A stretch of 64,000 nt of DNA, taken from NCBI GenBank assembly GCA_902625325.1, contig CACOAW010000004.1:50647-114646 (forward strand). Direction: 5' to 3'. Below are positions 19,970 to 30,580 of the stretch, piece by piece; position 1 is the stretch's first letter; every line of letters begins with the position of its first letter. Made by a program: the position numbers and the translations under genes. Source of the stretch: an uncultured Candidatus Poseidoniales archaeon. Lineage in GTDB: Archaea > Thermoplasmatota > Poseidoniia > Poseidoniales > Thalassarchaeaceae. A model generated the notes under the pieces. The model searched no databases, was not told the DNA's origin, and worked only from the letters and a program-made list of their open reading frames with translations.

Positions 19970-21204
19970 ATTTCGAAACTTCCGACCTCTACAGTCGAGC
20001 CATTTGATTGAATAGATCCAGAGAACTGTTGCTTATCCCCGCCGTTGTTCACATTAACCTCGAACTGAACATCACCTTCTTCGCCTTCTGTTTCAAAGTG
20101 CCTTACAACCACTGAATAAGTCCCAGAAGGAGGGGAGGAACCCCATCTTATCTCTCTGGAACCGGACTCAGGGTCGTAACCCTCCATGTCGAATTTCCCT
20201 CCTCCCAAGCCCTCCGGATTGAAGAAAGACAACTCCTCCCCATTAGAATCAACTATTGAGAGCCCCAAGTCAGAACTACCTTCCCAGTTGAGAACCACTG
20301 ATGCACCGTCTTGAACCGTCCCCACCCTTCTCCTAAGTTCATCCACATCTCTAGCCTCGGTGAAATCCTCCTTTACTTCCTCAGTCAATTCCTCATCACT
20401 CACCGTAGGCTGAGGCACTTCTCCATCTGGACCAGCTATGGCGAACTTAGCGACGAATTGCAGGTCATTACTCTTGACAAGGGACCCCTCATAGAACCGT
20501 TTGCTCTCCCCAATTGTAAGGCTGACCGTGAAACCCGTCTCATTCTTTTTGTGCACCCTTCTTAGAAGAGGTAGCCATGAGAACAACCCCTTTGTATGGA
20601 TTTTGTAATGCCTGACTCCAACTCTATAGACTCCTGGAGGAGGAGTTTTCGTCCAGACAATATTCTCAACTGGGGATTTCGAAGTAGGCTTGAAGTTCAT
20701 GTCTACATCTAGCTCTCCACCGCAATTTGAAGTCCTATTATCGTGATAGATGTGCTCTCCAGATGGAGTGATTACATGTAGGTCGAGGTCATTCCAATTG
20801 TCCCACATCAGACTGATTTGGACAGAGCCCCTCTTTGCTCCCTCCCTCTCGAGCCTCTTCTCTAGTGCAGTAGCGCCCTTTTCTGATATCTCTGCTTCCT
20901 GCACTCCGGCACCAATTGCCTCCGCGCCCTCGCCTAGTGAACCTGATACGGTTGGAGTTCCAGATCGGTCTCTCCCCCTTCCCCTCCTCCTTCTTGATGT
21001 AGATCCTGCAAGAATCTCCTCTGGAACGTTCCTCCTTGTAGAAGGAAGTATTGTCCTCCTATTTTGTGAACGCAAAATTCGGAACAGGCCATTGAAGGTC
21101 GCTATCAGAATTAGTCCGATGACAACGAGGGATACAGCGTCCGCCACGTGACTGAACGTGAGCAGTGACTTTTCATAACATCGGTTGCAACCCAGACGAA
21201 CCAA
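19966..21204 (-). CDS. Membrane-anchored protein with two YfaP/DUF2135-like domains (start uncertain)
   Basis: N-terminal TM; SLMW...DLDLHV.TPSGE.I....GGELDVDMN...ENI.W...PPG.Y.V.V.HY followed by a degenerate second copy. Confidence 0.75.
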   Translation of the reverse strand: MVRLGCNRCYEKSLLTFSHVADAVSLVVIGLILIATFNGLFRILRSQNRRTILPSTRRNVPEEILAGSTSRRRRGRGRDRSGTPTVSGSLGEGAEAIGAGVQEAEISEKGATALEKRLEREGAKRGSVQISLMWDNWNDLDLHVITPSGEHIYHDNRTSNCGGELDVDMNFKPTSKSPVENIVWTKTPPPGVYRVGVRHYKIHTKGLFSWLPLLRRVHKKNETGFTVSLTIGESKRFYEGSLVKSNDLQFVAKFAIAGPDGEVPQPTVSDEELTEEVKEDFTEARDVDELRRRVGTVQDGASVVLNWEGSSDLGLSIVDSNGEELSFFNPEGLGGGKFDMEGYDPESGSREIRWGSSPPSGTYSVVVRHFETEGEEGDVQFEVNVNNGGDKQQFSGSIQSNGSTVEVGSFEI

Positions 21205-21276
21205 GAAGCGTAATTATTTTCTCCGGTTGTTTCATATTGATGGTTAGTCTCCTCTACGAGGAGGGGAGCGGAAGCG

Positions 21277-24200
21277 ATGCTTACAGATTCTAGTCTAGAG
21301 TCCTCGAGAAACCTACATAGGACAACGAATACGGCTAGCAAGGCCACGATTCTAATCGCTCTACTTTTCCTCTCCCCCTTGCTCGCTGGTACTCCCATTG
21401 CTCCAGACCAAGAGAACCCAATGCCAAGCTCGACTCGTCAAATGAGCCCAGATGTGGTAGTAACCGATCTCGACGTCACCACACCCTCCGCTATTGTTGG
21501 AGGAACCCCTACCCTTGCTCCTGTTAATCACGTGATTATAGTCGGTACTACCAACCAGGGCGGGTCTGCTGCCGAAGGGAATGTCACACTCAAGGTTAAC
21601 GGGGTCGTCGTTGATAACAGGACTGCCACCATCGCTCCCGGCGGACAGGTAAACAGCGTGATGTACTGGGACGCCTCTATCCTATCCGGAACAGGGTATG
21701 AGATAACTGCGTCATGGGTCCCATCATCATCCTCATCCGACTCCGACTCGAGCAATAACCAGATGTCTCTATCTGGCGTCAGTGTCACAGAGGTGGAATC
21801 TGCCATTGATATCGCAGACTCCCTACCATCGGATGGATCTTCCCTCGCAAGAGCCCTCTGGGAAGGGGCAATCACTGTGGTCAACACGGGGAATCAACCA
21901 GTCGACGTCACAGCCCAGCTAACACTGACTCCTTCTCTGGGTGGTCCGAGCGTCTCCCTGTCCTCGAGTACAGAGCAATTACTTCCCGGGAGCCTTGCAG
22001 ACCCCCCAACTCCTGCTAACATCACGATATCGTTCGACGGCTCCAGTCTGGAAGGGGATTACACCCTAAGCGGCAGCCTACTTGTGTCGGGCTCTAGTCA
22101 GGGCTCGGTCACGATCGACTCCAGAATCGTTAGCTTCGTCGCCCTAAGGGCATCTCTCATACCAGCAAACAACCGGAACGTCGACCCAGGTTCGCAGGCA
22201 ACGCTGAACTTCATACTACAGAACTCTGGAACCGTTGAAGACAACTTCACCGTGACTCAAAGCAACAACTCCGATCCCGCTAACTACTGGGTAAATATCA
22301 CAGGCCAGATACATGACTCCAACAACCTACTCAATGTAGGCGCCCAGCAAACCCATGCAATCCAGATCCCGGTCGAAGTTCCTGCAGATGCCGCCAACGG
22401 AGACGCCGTAATAGTGACCGTGACTATTCAAAGCGACACAGCGGGATACGTGCTCACAGCCAGTACTATGGTGATGGCCGGGGGTACATTCAGCGCGGAG
22501 ATTTTCCAGAACCACAGCCATTCGATGGGCGAAAACTTCGCGAACATAACCCCCGGTTCCCCCAAAACCCTGCAATACACCCTGATGAACACAGGTACCG
22601 CGCCAGCCCAGTACCAGATCGATGTCGGAGCGACGGAATCGGTGCCGTACTGGATCATAGACTCACCTGTCACAATCACCGACGTCCTGCTGCCAAATGA
22701 GACCAGGACGCTTCCCGTAACAATCACCACTCCGGAGCTAGAGATGCCACTGAATCCGTCTTGGAAGGTCTCATCTATAGAACGAGTAGACCTGATGATA
22801 CAAGCAATACCACTACAGGGAGGAGTCCCAGCAGTCAACCAGACCACGCTAATGATAGACAGCGTTGTTGAGTTGGACATCTCCGTGACCAGTGAAATCG
22901 ATGATATCTCAGTCAATGACATCATGGGAGGTAATACCGACAGGTTCGTGGGCTTCGAAGTGACAATAGTTCACAATCTCGGCTCAAACAACACCTTGGC
23001 TCAAGTATCTCTCAGTGCCATGCCATGTACCTCTCTAGCGCCAACTACTGCCTCATCTGGCAGCCCTTGGACACAATCCACCTGTAGCAATGGGAAGGTC
23101 TTCCTTCAGGATACCCCGGCTGGCTCCAGTCTCATTGAGAATTCTCGTTGGACAGCTACGGTCCAGACCTCCTCCTCCTCCTCCTCCGCCTCGACCTTGG
23201 AACTCCTGCCTGGAGAGACCGGATACGGCATGGTGGGACTTAGCTTCGGCCCCACCCCAGATTTCCAGTACCCATCCGCAGGTCACCTCAACTTCTCGTT
23301 CATGGCGACCTCATCTTGGGCTGCGTTCTCCGGGGCAATTTCACGTAACGCCACAGCCACGGTTTCCATGTCAATAGCTGAAATCTGGTCGGCAGAGCTG
23401 ACTTCCTCAGGGGCAGCCAACGGGGACCCTGGGACTGCCATATCCTCTGAGGTGGTATTGGAGAACACAGGAAACGACCCAGCAAACTTCACCATAGGAT
23501 ACGTCCCGAAGCCTGGATGGACTATCACTCTGGGGTCCACCGCGGCGAACCTAGTACCCTCTATGACGAACCTGTACAATGATGGCTCATCAACCCAGAA
23601 CCAGCGGCCAATAACGGTCACTGCCACTCCTCCGGCCTCTGCAAGAGCGGATGAGACGCATCAGGTCTGGGTATACGCCAACTCCACGGAAACCGGAGAA
23701 CTGCTTGCATATGCCCCTGCCCTCTTCACTCTCACCGAAGTCATCTCGGCGGAACTCTACCCACCTACTTCTACGGCGGTAATCACCCCTTCCCCCTCAC
23801 TCGAGAGCAGAGTGGGTCAGAAGACCCTGATTGCCCTGCTCAATAACACCGGAAACAAGAACGTCACCTACAACCTGTCCCTAGACAATCTCGACGTGGA
23901 CAAGATCAGGGTCTGCTTCTCCGAGGAAATGCAGCCCTGTGTAACCGAATCCACACTGTTGGTACCGGCAGGGTCGCAGGGGATCGTCAGGATTTACTCC
24001 ACTGCCGGAGAGGACTCGAGAGCCGATGAAGACCAGACGTTCTTCCTGAATGCCTCCCACGACGGCCAGTTAATGTCTACGAGCGAATGGAAGGTGCAGG
24101 TTGCCCCTGATCACGCAATACTATTCATAGCTCCCACCGAAATGAAGGTAGCTCCGGGGAACACCCTCGACCTAGAAGTGGTTTTACGGAACGACGGCAA

Positions 24201-26475
24201 CCTCATGGAGACACTAAACCTAACGGTGACCTTCCCGGAGGGGATGACCAACTGGTCTTACCAGGTCAACGAATCCGGATTCACATTAGACCAGTATGAG
24301 TCTCGTACCATACTCCTTAGCATCACACTGCCCCCTCTCAGGGACGGGGACCAGATTCTCGTAGCCGACGTCATCCACAACCTAACCATGAGAGCGGTAA
24401 ACATCACCGACCCTTTCCCCACATGGCCTGCAACAACAATGGTCGATGGAGTGGCTCAACCCGTTCCACTGGCGGAGAGAGTCGCAATGGGCGGGGGCGT
24501 CCCAGCTGGTACTTCGACGCTCAAAATCAAGGTCCTCCCCGTCTTCGATGTGGAATTGACCAAGTCCCCACAGAGGATAGCAGTAGTCCCCGGGGTGGAC
24601 AGGTCAATCGAATTCGAAATGGAGAACAAGGGCAACGCACCGATCAACCTCACCATACAGTGGGAAACCATAGACATGGAACAGGACGATTCGAAGCCAG
24701 ATAGGTTCGAAGTCCGAAACTCGCTAGGCTCCACAAACCTGTACCTGCAGGTTGGGCAGACCAGCTCAATCACCTTCGAATTCGCAATGACACACAATGA
24801 CACGATTATGGGCGAACAAGGAACATTCATCCTGAAGAGAGTACCAGTGGACGTTGCGATGGAGACCCAGCAGAACTCCTTCCCGATCACCGTCGTCAGA
24901 GCCCAGACCGATGACACTTACACCCTGAGCGCCGATGCCGCCGGCCAGTACCAGTGCGAAAACAACGACGACCCGAATTGCAGGCAGATAGAGATACCAT
25001 GGGTGGACATAAACTACCGAGACAGCTCATTCGACCCAAGGTCCTACACACTGGCAATGAACGGGGATATGGACCCCTACGACGCATCAGCAGACCCCCC
25101 AGAACGCCTCGTGGACTCAGGCAGCTACCCCAAGGTACACTGGTGGCTATACGTCGATCACGACACCGATGCAGGCACTGCAAAGTGCGAACTAGCAGAC
25201 ATAGATGGGAAGGGAATCGCCGCCACGGATGCGACGGAAGAGACATGCAACTCGGATTGGGAACTCGACGCTACTACCCCCTATGAGGGAGGAAGCCCAG
25301 ACCCCGCTCACGGGGGCACCATCGTAATCCAGGTAATTATCCCCGAAAAGCAGCTTGACGGGGTTGCAGCGGGAGACGGATGGGATATCTACCTGCAACT
25401 AAGACACCCAGAGGAGCCCAAGACAACGGAGTACTCGACGGATCTGGTCGTCAAACTCAGGATGACAGAATCTACAGACCCTCTCGTGAACAGCATCACA
25501 TTCAGAGGAGAGGGTGTAGAGGGTGAGAGCACTTATATCGACGTTACCGTGATTAATGCAGGGTATGCAGTAATGCCAACACAGTCCCAACTGCACCTCG
25601 ACTGCTCTTCCACGCCTTACGCAGACGTAACGAACATGTTCGCATCGTACCCGATACCAGCCCTCGAGGCAAATGGGAACTTCACTGCTTCATGGGCCGT
25701 GGAACTAAACCCAATCCCATGGTACATGTCCTCAGAGACACTGACTTGCACCGCATACATCACCTATCCGGACATCATAATGCAGATGGGCGGAATCTTC
25801 GGCAACGTCGTAGAAAACGACGTCTTGACGGAGGACCTGGCAATCGAATCTTGGTCCACCCCAGCCGTAGAACTATCCGGATTCCAGCTCCCGTCTGCAC
25901 TCCTAATCGCAGCACTCCTACTCCTCTTGGCGGCATCGCTCATGAGACAGGGACTGGAAGAGCAAGAGAGCCGCCTGCACGCATCCTCTTACGTGGCAGC
26001 TATGGCATTCGGGGCCCTCTCGCTAACCGGCGCCTCCACGATCCTGTCACTCCTTTGCGCCCTAGCGTCCATCTCGTTCGCTGGGCTCGTGGCATGGCTG
26101 TCCTCCAGCGAGCTCCAGGCGATCCATGACGACAGGAAGAAGGCCAGGATCGGAACCATGGCACTGTTGGAGGATCACGACAAGGAGCAGCAGAATACCA
26201 GGAACGAGCTCCGTGCCATCATCTCCTGCTCTCCCTACGCCTTCCTTCCATTCGTACTGATATCACCGTCCCTCGCCATCGACCTGGGGGCATCGTCGCT
26301 GATGTCGATAATCGGATTCATGGTGGCATCGCCCATCCTCGTGCACCTCATCCTGAGATTCCTGGACAGCTCTTACGACAGGCTTTACAGCGAACTAGCT
26401 GACATAGAGCTCCGAGCTATCAGAATCAAGAAGATCCTAGGAAGGGCAGGCCAGAAGCCAGGAGGGAGGAACTGA
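21277..26475 (+). CDS. Giant (1732 aa) cell-surface glycoprotein with CARDB/NEW3-type Ig-like repeats and a multi-TM C-terminus
   Basis: Signal-like N-terminus; repeated 'PG......L.N.G[N/T]' beta-sandwich units; many N-x-S/T sequons; about 5 C-terminal TM helices. Confidence 0.8.
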   Translation: MLTDSSLESSRNLHRTTNTASKATILIALLFLSPLLAGTPIAPDQENPMPSSTRQMSPDVVVTDLDVTTPSAIVGGTPTLAPVNHVIIVGTTNQGGSAAEGNVTLKVNGVVVDNRTATIAPGGQVNSVMYWDASILSGTGYEITASWVPSSSSSDSDSSNNQMSLSGVSVTEVESAIDIADSLPSDGSSLARALWEGAITVVNTGNQPVDVTAQLTLTPSLGGPSVSLSSSTEQLLPGSLADPPTPANITISFDGSSLEGDYTLSGSLLVSGSSQGSVTIDSRIVSFVALRASLIPANNRNVDPGSQATLNFILQNSGTVEDNFTVTQSNNSDPANYWVNITGQIHDSNNLLNVGAQQTHAIQIPVEVPADAANGDAVIVTVTIQSDTAGYVLTASTMVMAGGTFSAEIFQNHSHSMGENFANITPGSPKTLQYTLMNTGTAPAQYQIDVGATESVPYWIIDSPVTITDVLLPNETRTLPVTITTPELEMPLNPSWKVSSIERVDLMIQAIPLQGGVPAVNQTTLMIDSVVELDISVTSEIDDISVNDIMGGNTDRFVGFEVTIVHNLGSNNTLAQVSLSAMPCTSLAPTTASSGSPWTQSTCSNGKVFLQDTPAGSSLIENSRWTATVQTSSSSSSASTLELLPGETGYGMVGLSFGPTPDFQYPSAGHLNFSFMATSSWAAFSGAISRNATATVSMSIAEIWSAELTSSGAANGDPGTAISSEVVLENTGNDPANFTIGYVPKPGWTITLGSTAANLVPSMTNLYNDGSSTQNQRPITVTATPPASARADETHQVWVYANSTETGELLAYAPALFTLTEVISAELYPPTSTAVITPSPSLESRVGQKTLIALLNNTGNKNVTYNLSLDNLDVDKIRVCFSEEMQPCVTESTLLVPAGSQGIVRIYSTAGEDSRADEDQTFFLNASHDGQLMSTSEWKVQVAPDHAILFIAPTEMKVAPGNTLDLEVVLRNDGNLMETLNLTVTFPEGMTNWSYQVNESGFTLDQYESRTILLSITLPPLRDGDQILVADVIHNLTMRAVNITDPFPTWPATTMVDGVAQPVPLAERVAMGGGVPAGTSTLKIKVLPVFDVELTKSPQRIAVVPGVDRSIEFEMENKGNAPINLTIQWETIDMEQDDSKPDRFEVRNSLGSTNLYLQVGQTSSITFEFAMTHNDTIMGEQGTFILKRVPVDVAMETQQNSFPITVVRAQTDDTYTLSADAAGQYQCENNDDPNCRQIEIPWVDINYRDSSFDPRSYTLAMNGDMDPYDASADPPERLVDSGSYPKVHWWLYVDHDTDAGTAKCELADIDGKGIAATDATEETCNSDWELDATTPYEGGSPDPAHGGTIVIQVIIPEKQLDGVAAGDGWDIYLQLRHPEEPKTTEYSTDLVVKLRMTESTDPLVNSITFRGEGVEGESTYIDVTVINAGYAVMPTQSQLHLDCSSTPYADVTNMFASYPIPALEANGNFTASWAVELNPIPWYMSSETLTCTAYITYPDIIMQMGGIFGNVVENDVLTEDLAIESWSTPAVELSGFQLPSALLIAALLLLLAASLMRQGLEEQESRLHASSYVAAMAFGALSLTGASTILSLLCALASISFAGLVAWLSSSELQAIHDDRKKARIGTMALLEDHDKEQQNTRNELRAIISCSPYAFLPFVLISPSLAIDLGASSLMSIIGFMVASPILVHLILRFLDSSYDRLYSELADIELRAIRIKKILGRAGQKPGGRN

Positions 26476-26476
26476 G

Positions 26477-27520
26477 ATGGCACGGACGAAGGCACCCGCG
26501 ACGGGAGGGGCCGAGGCCACTCTCAAGCGGATAGACTACATCGAGGAAGAGGCCGAGAATATCCAATTCGCAATCTGGGCGAACAGGCCCATCGGCGCCA
26601 GAAAGATGCTCAGGGAACTATCGAAGGAGGTCGAGGAGGCAGAAGGCCAGATCATGGACCTCTACAGGGCGCTATCATCGCTAGAGCGATCCCTCGAGGA
26701 GCTCGAACAGATGTCAGAGGGCGATCGCAGCGCATGGGATCTGACGATGCTAGGCCTGCAGCACCTCAGGGAGGGGAACTGGGGGGCAGCAGCAGATTGC
26801 GTAGAGGGCGCAGTCGCATCCATGGGCAAAGACGGACTCGAGAGGTCACTGAACACCCTTGGAAGGCACCTCAACGAGATGGGTGAGCTCAGCGACACAG
26901 AGGACATCGCACTCACGCTGGTCAACCAGGGCAAGGATGCGCTCGACTCCGACCTCGCCTCCGCGGCAAAGGCGTTCGAGGACGCAATCAGCGCACTCGG
27001 CCCAGTCGCAGTCAACGAGGCTGCCAGCCCCTTCCTCGTAAACAGCTTCTTCCTCTCTATAGGGACCACATGGCCCGAGGGCAAGGACCACGCCCTGATG
27101 GTGATCACACTGGAGAACACAGGGGAGAACAACATCTCCACCATGAGGCTTGCCCCGCCAATACCGTACGGGTGGTCTGCCACTCCGAAGATGTGCGAGA
27201 TCCCCGAGATACCCCCAGATGGCTTCATCGAGATCGGGATCGAGATCAGGCCATCCGGATCCTTCCCCGCCACAGCACTCCTCGGTAGCAGCCTGAACAT
27301 CACTACCGGATACGACGTAGAGTACGGGAGCCTCAGGGTCCAAACAAGGGTCGAGAACAGGACTCCGAACACCATGCAGGGGCTCCTGTTGGATCCATGG
27401 ATGCCAGAGGGCTTCGAGACGATGAGACTACCACTCGTGGAGAACCTCGGGCCAGGGGACGTCGTCCACGTTCCTATCGAGGTGCTGAACCTGCGCGAGG
27501 CAGTAGGAGTAGGATCCTGA
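26477..27520 (+). CDS. Hypothetical protein: helical/coiled-coil N-terminus plus Ig-like (NEW3-like) C-terminus
   Basis: Starts 1 nt after the giant gene's stop, with a GGAGG SD; ITLENTGE...P.GWS pattern. Confidence 0.75.
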   Translation: MARTKAPATGGAEATLKRIDYIEEEAENIQFAIWANRPIGARKMLRELSKEVEEAEGQIMDLYRALSSLERSLEELEQMSEGDRSAWDLTMLGLQHLREGNWGAAADCVEGAVASMGKDGLERSLNTLGRHLNEMGELSDTEDIALTLVNQGKDALDSDLASAAKAFEDAISALGPVAVNEAASPFLVNSFFLSIGTTWPEGKDHALMVITLENTGENNISTMRLAPPIPYGWSATPKMCEIPEIPPDGFIEIGIEIRPSGSFPATALLGSSLNITTGYDVEYGSLRVQTRVENRTPNTMQGLLLDPWMPEGFETMRLPLVENLGPGDVVHVPIEVLNLREAVGVGS

Positions 27521-27608
27521 TCTTCCCACCAGAACAGGATAATCAAGCACATTTTCCAGTAATATCATAAATGATTAGCATTCACAGGGGGGCACGGGTG
27601 AACACGCA

Positions 27609-28289
27609 ATGAGCGAAGAATACCAGACAGTAGAAAGAAATCGAGAGGAAGGCTCGATCGGTATCGGTGCGATGATCGTCTTCATCGCCCTGATCCTAGT
27701 AGCCGCAGTGGCGTCGACGATCATAATCAAGACTGCCGAAGAGCTGCAGCAGAACGCCGAGTCGACCAGTGACGACACGAGAAAGGAGATCTCAGGAAAG
27801 GTGAACATTATCCAGATACTCGTTAATGGAACAGGGACACATGACCTCGACTCACTCATCGTCACTGCCAAGATCGCATCAGGATCGACCGATGTGCAGG
27901 TCCAGGACATAGACTGGGTAGTCGTCTGCGGAGGTGCGAACGGATTTGGTCTCGTAACTGGAAACCTCGGGACCACGGACCCATCTGGCGGTGCCCTAGC
28001 CGCACCTGAGTCTGTGAATGCGGACCGACTGGACGGCTCTGACTACGAGGCCACCTCGGAGCTAACGGCAGGAACCACCTTCAAGTTCGACATCGACCTA
28101 GACAAGAACACCGCCGCCCCCAACACAGCCAGCGATGGCAACGATGCCCTCGATGCAGGCGAAGGAGCATGCAACGCATCAGCAGGAGTCGGTGAGACGC
28201 TGGAGTTGAAGATGATAGTAGACGGCGGAGGGACGACAATATCAGAACTCCAAATCGAATCAATAACTTCAGGTAAGGAGGTGACCTGA
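27609..28289 (+). CDS. arlB: Archaellin
   Basis: Class III signal peptide G/SIGIGAMIVFIALILVAAVAS..I.TA..LQQ. Confidence 0.95.
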   Translation: MSEEYQTVERNREEGSIGIGAMIVFIALILVAAVASTIIIKTAEELQQNAESTSDDTRKEISGKVNIIQILVNGTGTHDLDSLIVTAKIASGSTDVQVQDIDWVVVCGGANGFGLVTGNLGTTDPSGGALAAPESVNADRLDGSDYEATSELTAGTTFKFDIDLDKNTAAPNTASDGNDALDAGEGACNASAGVGETLELKMIVDGGGTTISELQIESITSGKEVT

Positions 28290-28290
28290 A

Positions 28291-28965
28291 ATGGTCAACG
28301 AACAACTAAGTCCAGACAGGAGGGACGAGGGATCAATCGGTATCGGAGCGATGATCGTCTTCATCGCACTGATTCTAGTGGCCGCTGTGGCATCTACGAT
28401 AATCATCAAGACGGCGGAGGAGCTGCAGCAGAATGCAGAGAACACCAGTTCTGACACCAGGCAGCAGATTTCTGGAAAGGTCTCAATTGCTGACGTGTAC
28501 GTAAAGACCGTAGCAGACGCTTTGGGTGCTGGAGCTGGCGACACCGACGTTGCCACTATGGAGGTAATTGCAAGGATTTCATCCGGTTCTCTGAACGTGC
28601 AGGAAGACGACATCAAATACTACGTATCCTGCAAGGTGACTTACAGCGATGCGTCTAAAACATTCGCGACAGTAGACTCAGGCACTGCAGATTCCAAAGA
28701 GCTGGACGGAACTGACATCACATCCGGAACCGAGATTACAGCGGGAACCACGTTCAAGTTCGAGATAGACCTTGCAGCGACCAACGTTGATGCTACAGAC
28801 ACTACAATAGACGATGACGACTTCGCCACTGCAACTCCTCCCGGATGCGATGCAGAGGCAGGAGCTGGAGAGGAACTCGAGCTGAGGGTAGTCGTCGATG
28901 GCGGTGGAGAGACACTAGCGAATCTGAAGATAGAGTCGATCACACTCGGCAAGTCGATGATGTGA
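28291..28965 (+). CDS. arlB: Archaellin (second copy)
   Basis: Same conserved N-terminal helix; GGAGGTGA SD. Confidence 0.95.
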   Translation: MVNEQLSPDRRDEGSIGIGAMIVFIALILVAAVASTIIIKTAEELQQNAENTSSDTRQQISGKVSIADVYVKTVADALGAGAGDTDVATMEVIARISSGSLNVQEDDIKYYVSCKVTYSDASKTFATVDSGTADSKELDGTDITSGTEITAGTTFKFEIDLAATNVDATDTTIDDDDFATATPPGCDAEAGAGEELELRVVVDGGGETLANLKIESITLGKSMM

Positions 28966-29016
28966 GCCCACGACAGCGAGGGAAAACTATCGGAGATGGC
29001 GAAATGAGGTGCACCA

Positions 29017-29835
29017 ATGGGCCTGATGGACAGGATTCGGTCCGCTGGTAGCTCCTCCGACGCCGATGCGGGCATGGCTTCCCGGCTGGACAAGGTATCT
29101 AGGCTCTCAGTAGAACACGTGGATATCCCCACCGAGTTCAGACCCACTGATCTCGAGGCATGGCTATTCGCACCCTCAGGAACCAGGGTCGGTGTTCTAG
29201 GAGACCCACAAGCCAGTCAGGGCCAGGATAAGATACCCGAGCTCGTCGACATGGTCAAAGATAGGTTCGAGAGGCTTGAGACTGCGATGGACCTCATGGA
29301 GGCCAACATCAAGATGACGGCGCAGCAGACAGCCAAGATAGCGGCAGAGTCGGTGACCGCGGCTCCCGCAGCACCATCCTCTGAAGCCGGTGGAGGGGAC
29401 GTGATTCACACAGTGGGAGACGATGGGGAAGTCACCAGCCGACCAGTCGAGGGCCCCTCCGATATGTCAGCACCCTCAACTGCAGGCCTTGCGGGGGGTC
29501 CGGGGCTACTCGATCTCTACGAGGCCCAGTCTTTGGCGGTTAACCCCTTCTTGAAGTCCTCGGAAGCCGATGCGCTCATGCACGGCCCAAGCATGGACCC
29601 AACGAAGATCGTCGCCCTTCTTCTAGATCATCTGTCTGGGTCAGACACGCTAAACTTCCTGAAGGCGGCATCTAAATCAGGGGTAATCACAGCCTCTGAA
29701 GAGAAGGCGCTAGTCGCAATAGCGAGCCTTGCAGATCCCGGAGAGCAATCAGAAGAGGCTCCATCCGTTAACAACAGGACGCTACTCACATTCGCCGCTA
29801 TGATAGAGGCCTGGAGGACCCAGGGGACTCCCTAG
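29017..29835 (+). CDS. Putative highly diverged ArlC/D/E-like archaellum accessory protein
   Basis: Position between arlB and arlF; soluble with a coiled coil and an NPF motif; called mainly by synteny. Confidence 0.5.
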   Translation: MGLMDRIRSAGSSSDADAGMASRLDKVSRLSVEHVDIPTEFRPTDLEAWLFAPSGTRVGVLGDPQASQGQDKIPELVDMVKDRFERLETAMDLMEANIKMTAQQTAKIAAESVTAAPAAPSSEAGGGDVIHTVGDDGEVTSRPVEGPSDMSAPSTAGLAGGPGLLDLYEAQSLAVNPFLKSSEADALMHGPSMDPTKIVALLLDHLSGSDTLNFLKAASKSGVITASEEKALVAIASLADPGEQSEEAPSVNNRTLLTFAAMIEAWRTQGTP

Positions 29836-29848
29836 GGGGGGGATTTGA

Positions 29849-30568
29849 TTGGCTGGGTCCAGCATAGGCGCGATGGTTGTCGGCACCGTTTTCATAATGG
29901 TGTTCGGGATGGCCACTCTGACCATGGTCGAAAGCATCGACGAATCTGTCAAGAACTCCGAGTTTGAGCTGAGCGAACCAGAGGTGACAATCCTGAGCGT
30001 GACGGACAAACAGGAGTCGACGGGCCCCATTGCAGGGCTATCGTTCTCCTCACCTACTACAAACAGCGCGGGTACTGGCTACACCACTGGTGATCAGTGT
30101 GAACTAGTAAGCTCGGGGACTGGATCTGGAGCGTCGGTTAATATTATTGTAACAGCAGGCGAAATTGTCGGCTTCGGGTTCAATCTCGTGCCAGGGAACG
30201 GATATTCGATAGGGGAGATAGTTACGATTAATTGCGGATCAAGCCCCAACTCTGGCGATTACTCAGTATCAAGCATCGAAGATCAGAATACTGTAACAGT
30301 CATTAACACAGGTTCTGAAACGGTAGACCTATCCCATATTTTCATGACTCTCTCGGACACTGGGACAAAAGCCCAAGGAACCCCATTCACTCCCTTTGTG
30401 AACCACTATTCCGGTTCCAATCTGTACCTCTTTCCCGGTGAGCAACTAACCACGGATGCATTCCCTTTGGACTCCACCACTCATGGATTTGAGATAGATG
30501 CCGACCCAGACAGGGCCTTCCTTGCTATATACGACTACAACGACGCGAAGAACGTTACAGTTACCTGA
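29849..30568 (+). CDS. arlF: Archaellum stator protein ArlF (with internal insertion)
   Basis: N-terminal TM, V.NTGSET.DL and YLFPGE motifs; operon position. Confidence 0.75.
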   Translation: MAGSSIGAMVVGTVFIMVFGMATLTMVESIDESVKNSEFELSEPEVTILSVTDKQESTGPIAGLSFSSPTTNSAGTGYTTGDQCELVSSGTGSGASVNIIVTAGEIVGFGFNLVPGNGYSIGEIVTINCGSSPNSGDYSVSSIEDQNTVTVINTGSETVDLSHIFMTLSDTGTKAQGTPFTPFVNHYSGSNLYLFPGEQLTTDAFPLDSTTHGFEIDADPDRAFLAIYDYNDAKNVTVT

Positions 30569-30580
30569 GGAGAGAAAGCA

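Noticed and set aside
23168-23190. (TCC)n microsatellite
   Set aside because: It is a short in-frame poly-Ser linker in the giant protein, with no sign of frameshifting.
26662-27552. 296-aa antisense ORF and other long shadow ORFs
   Set aside because: They lie antisense to better-supported genes in GC-rich sequence and have Ser/Pro-rich, non-protein-like composition.
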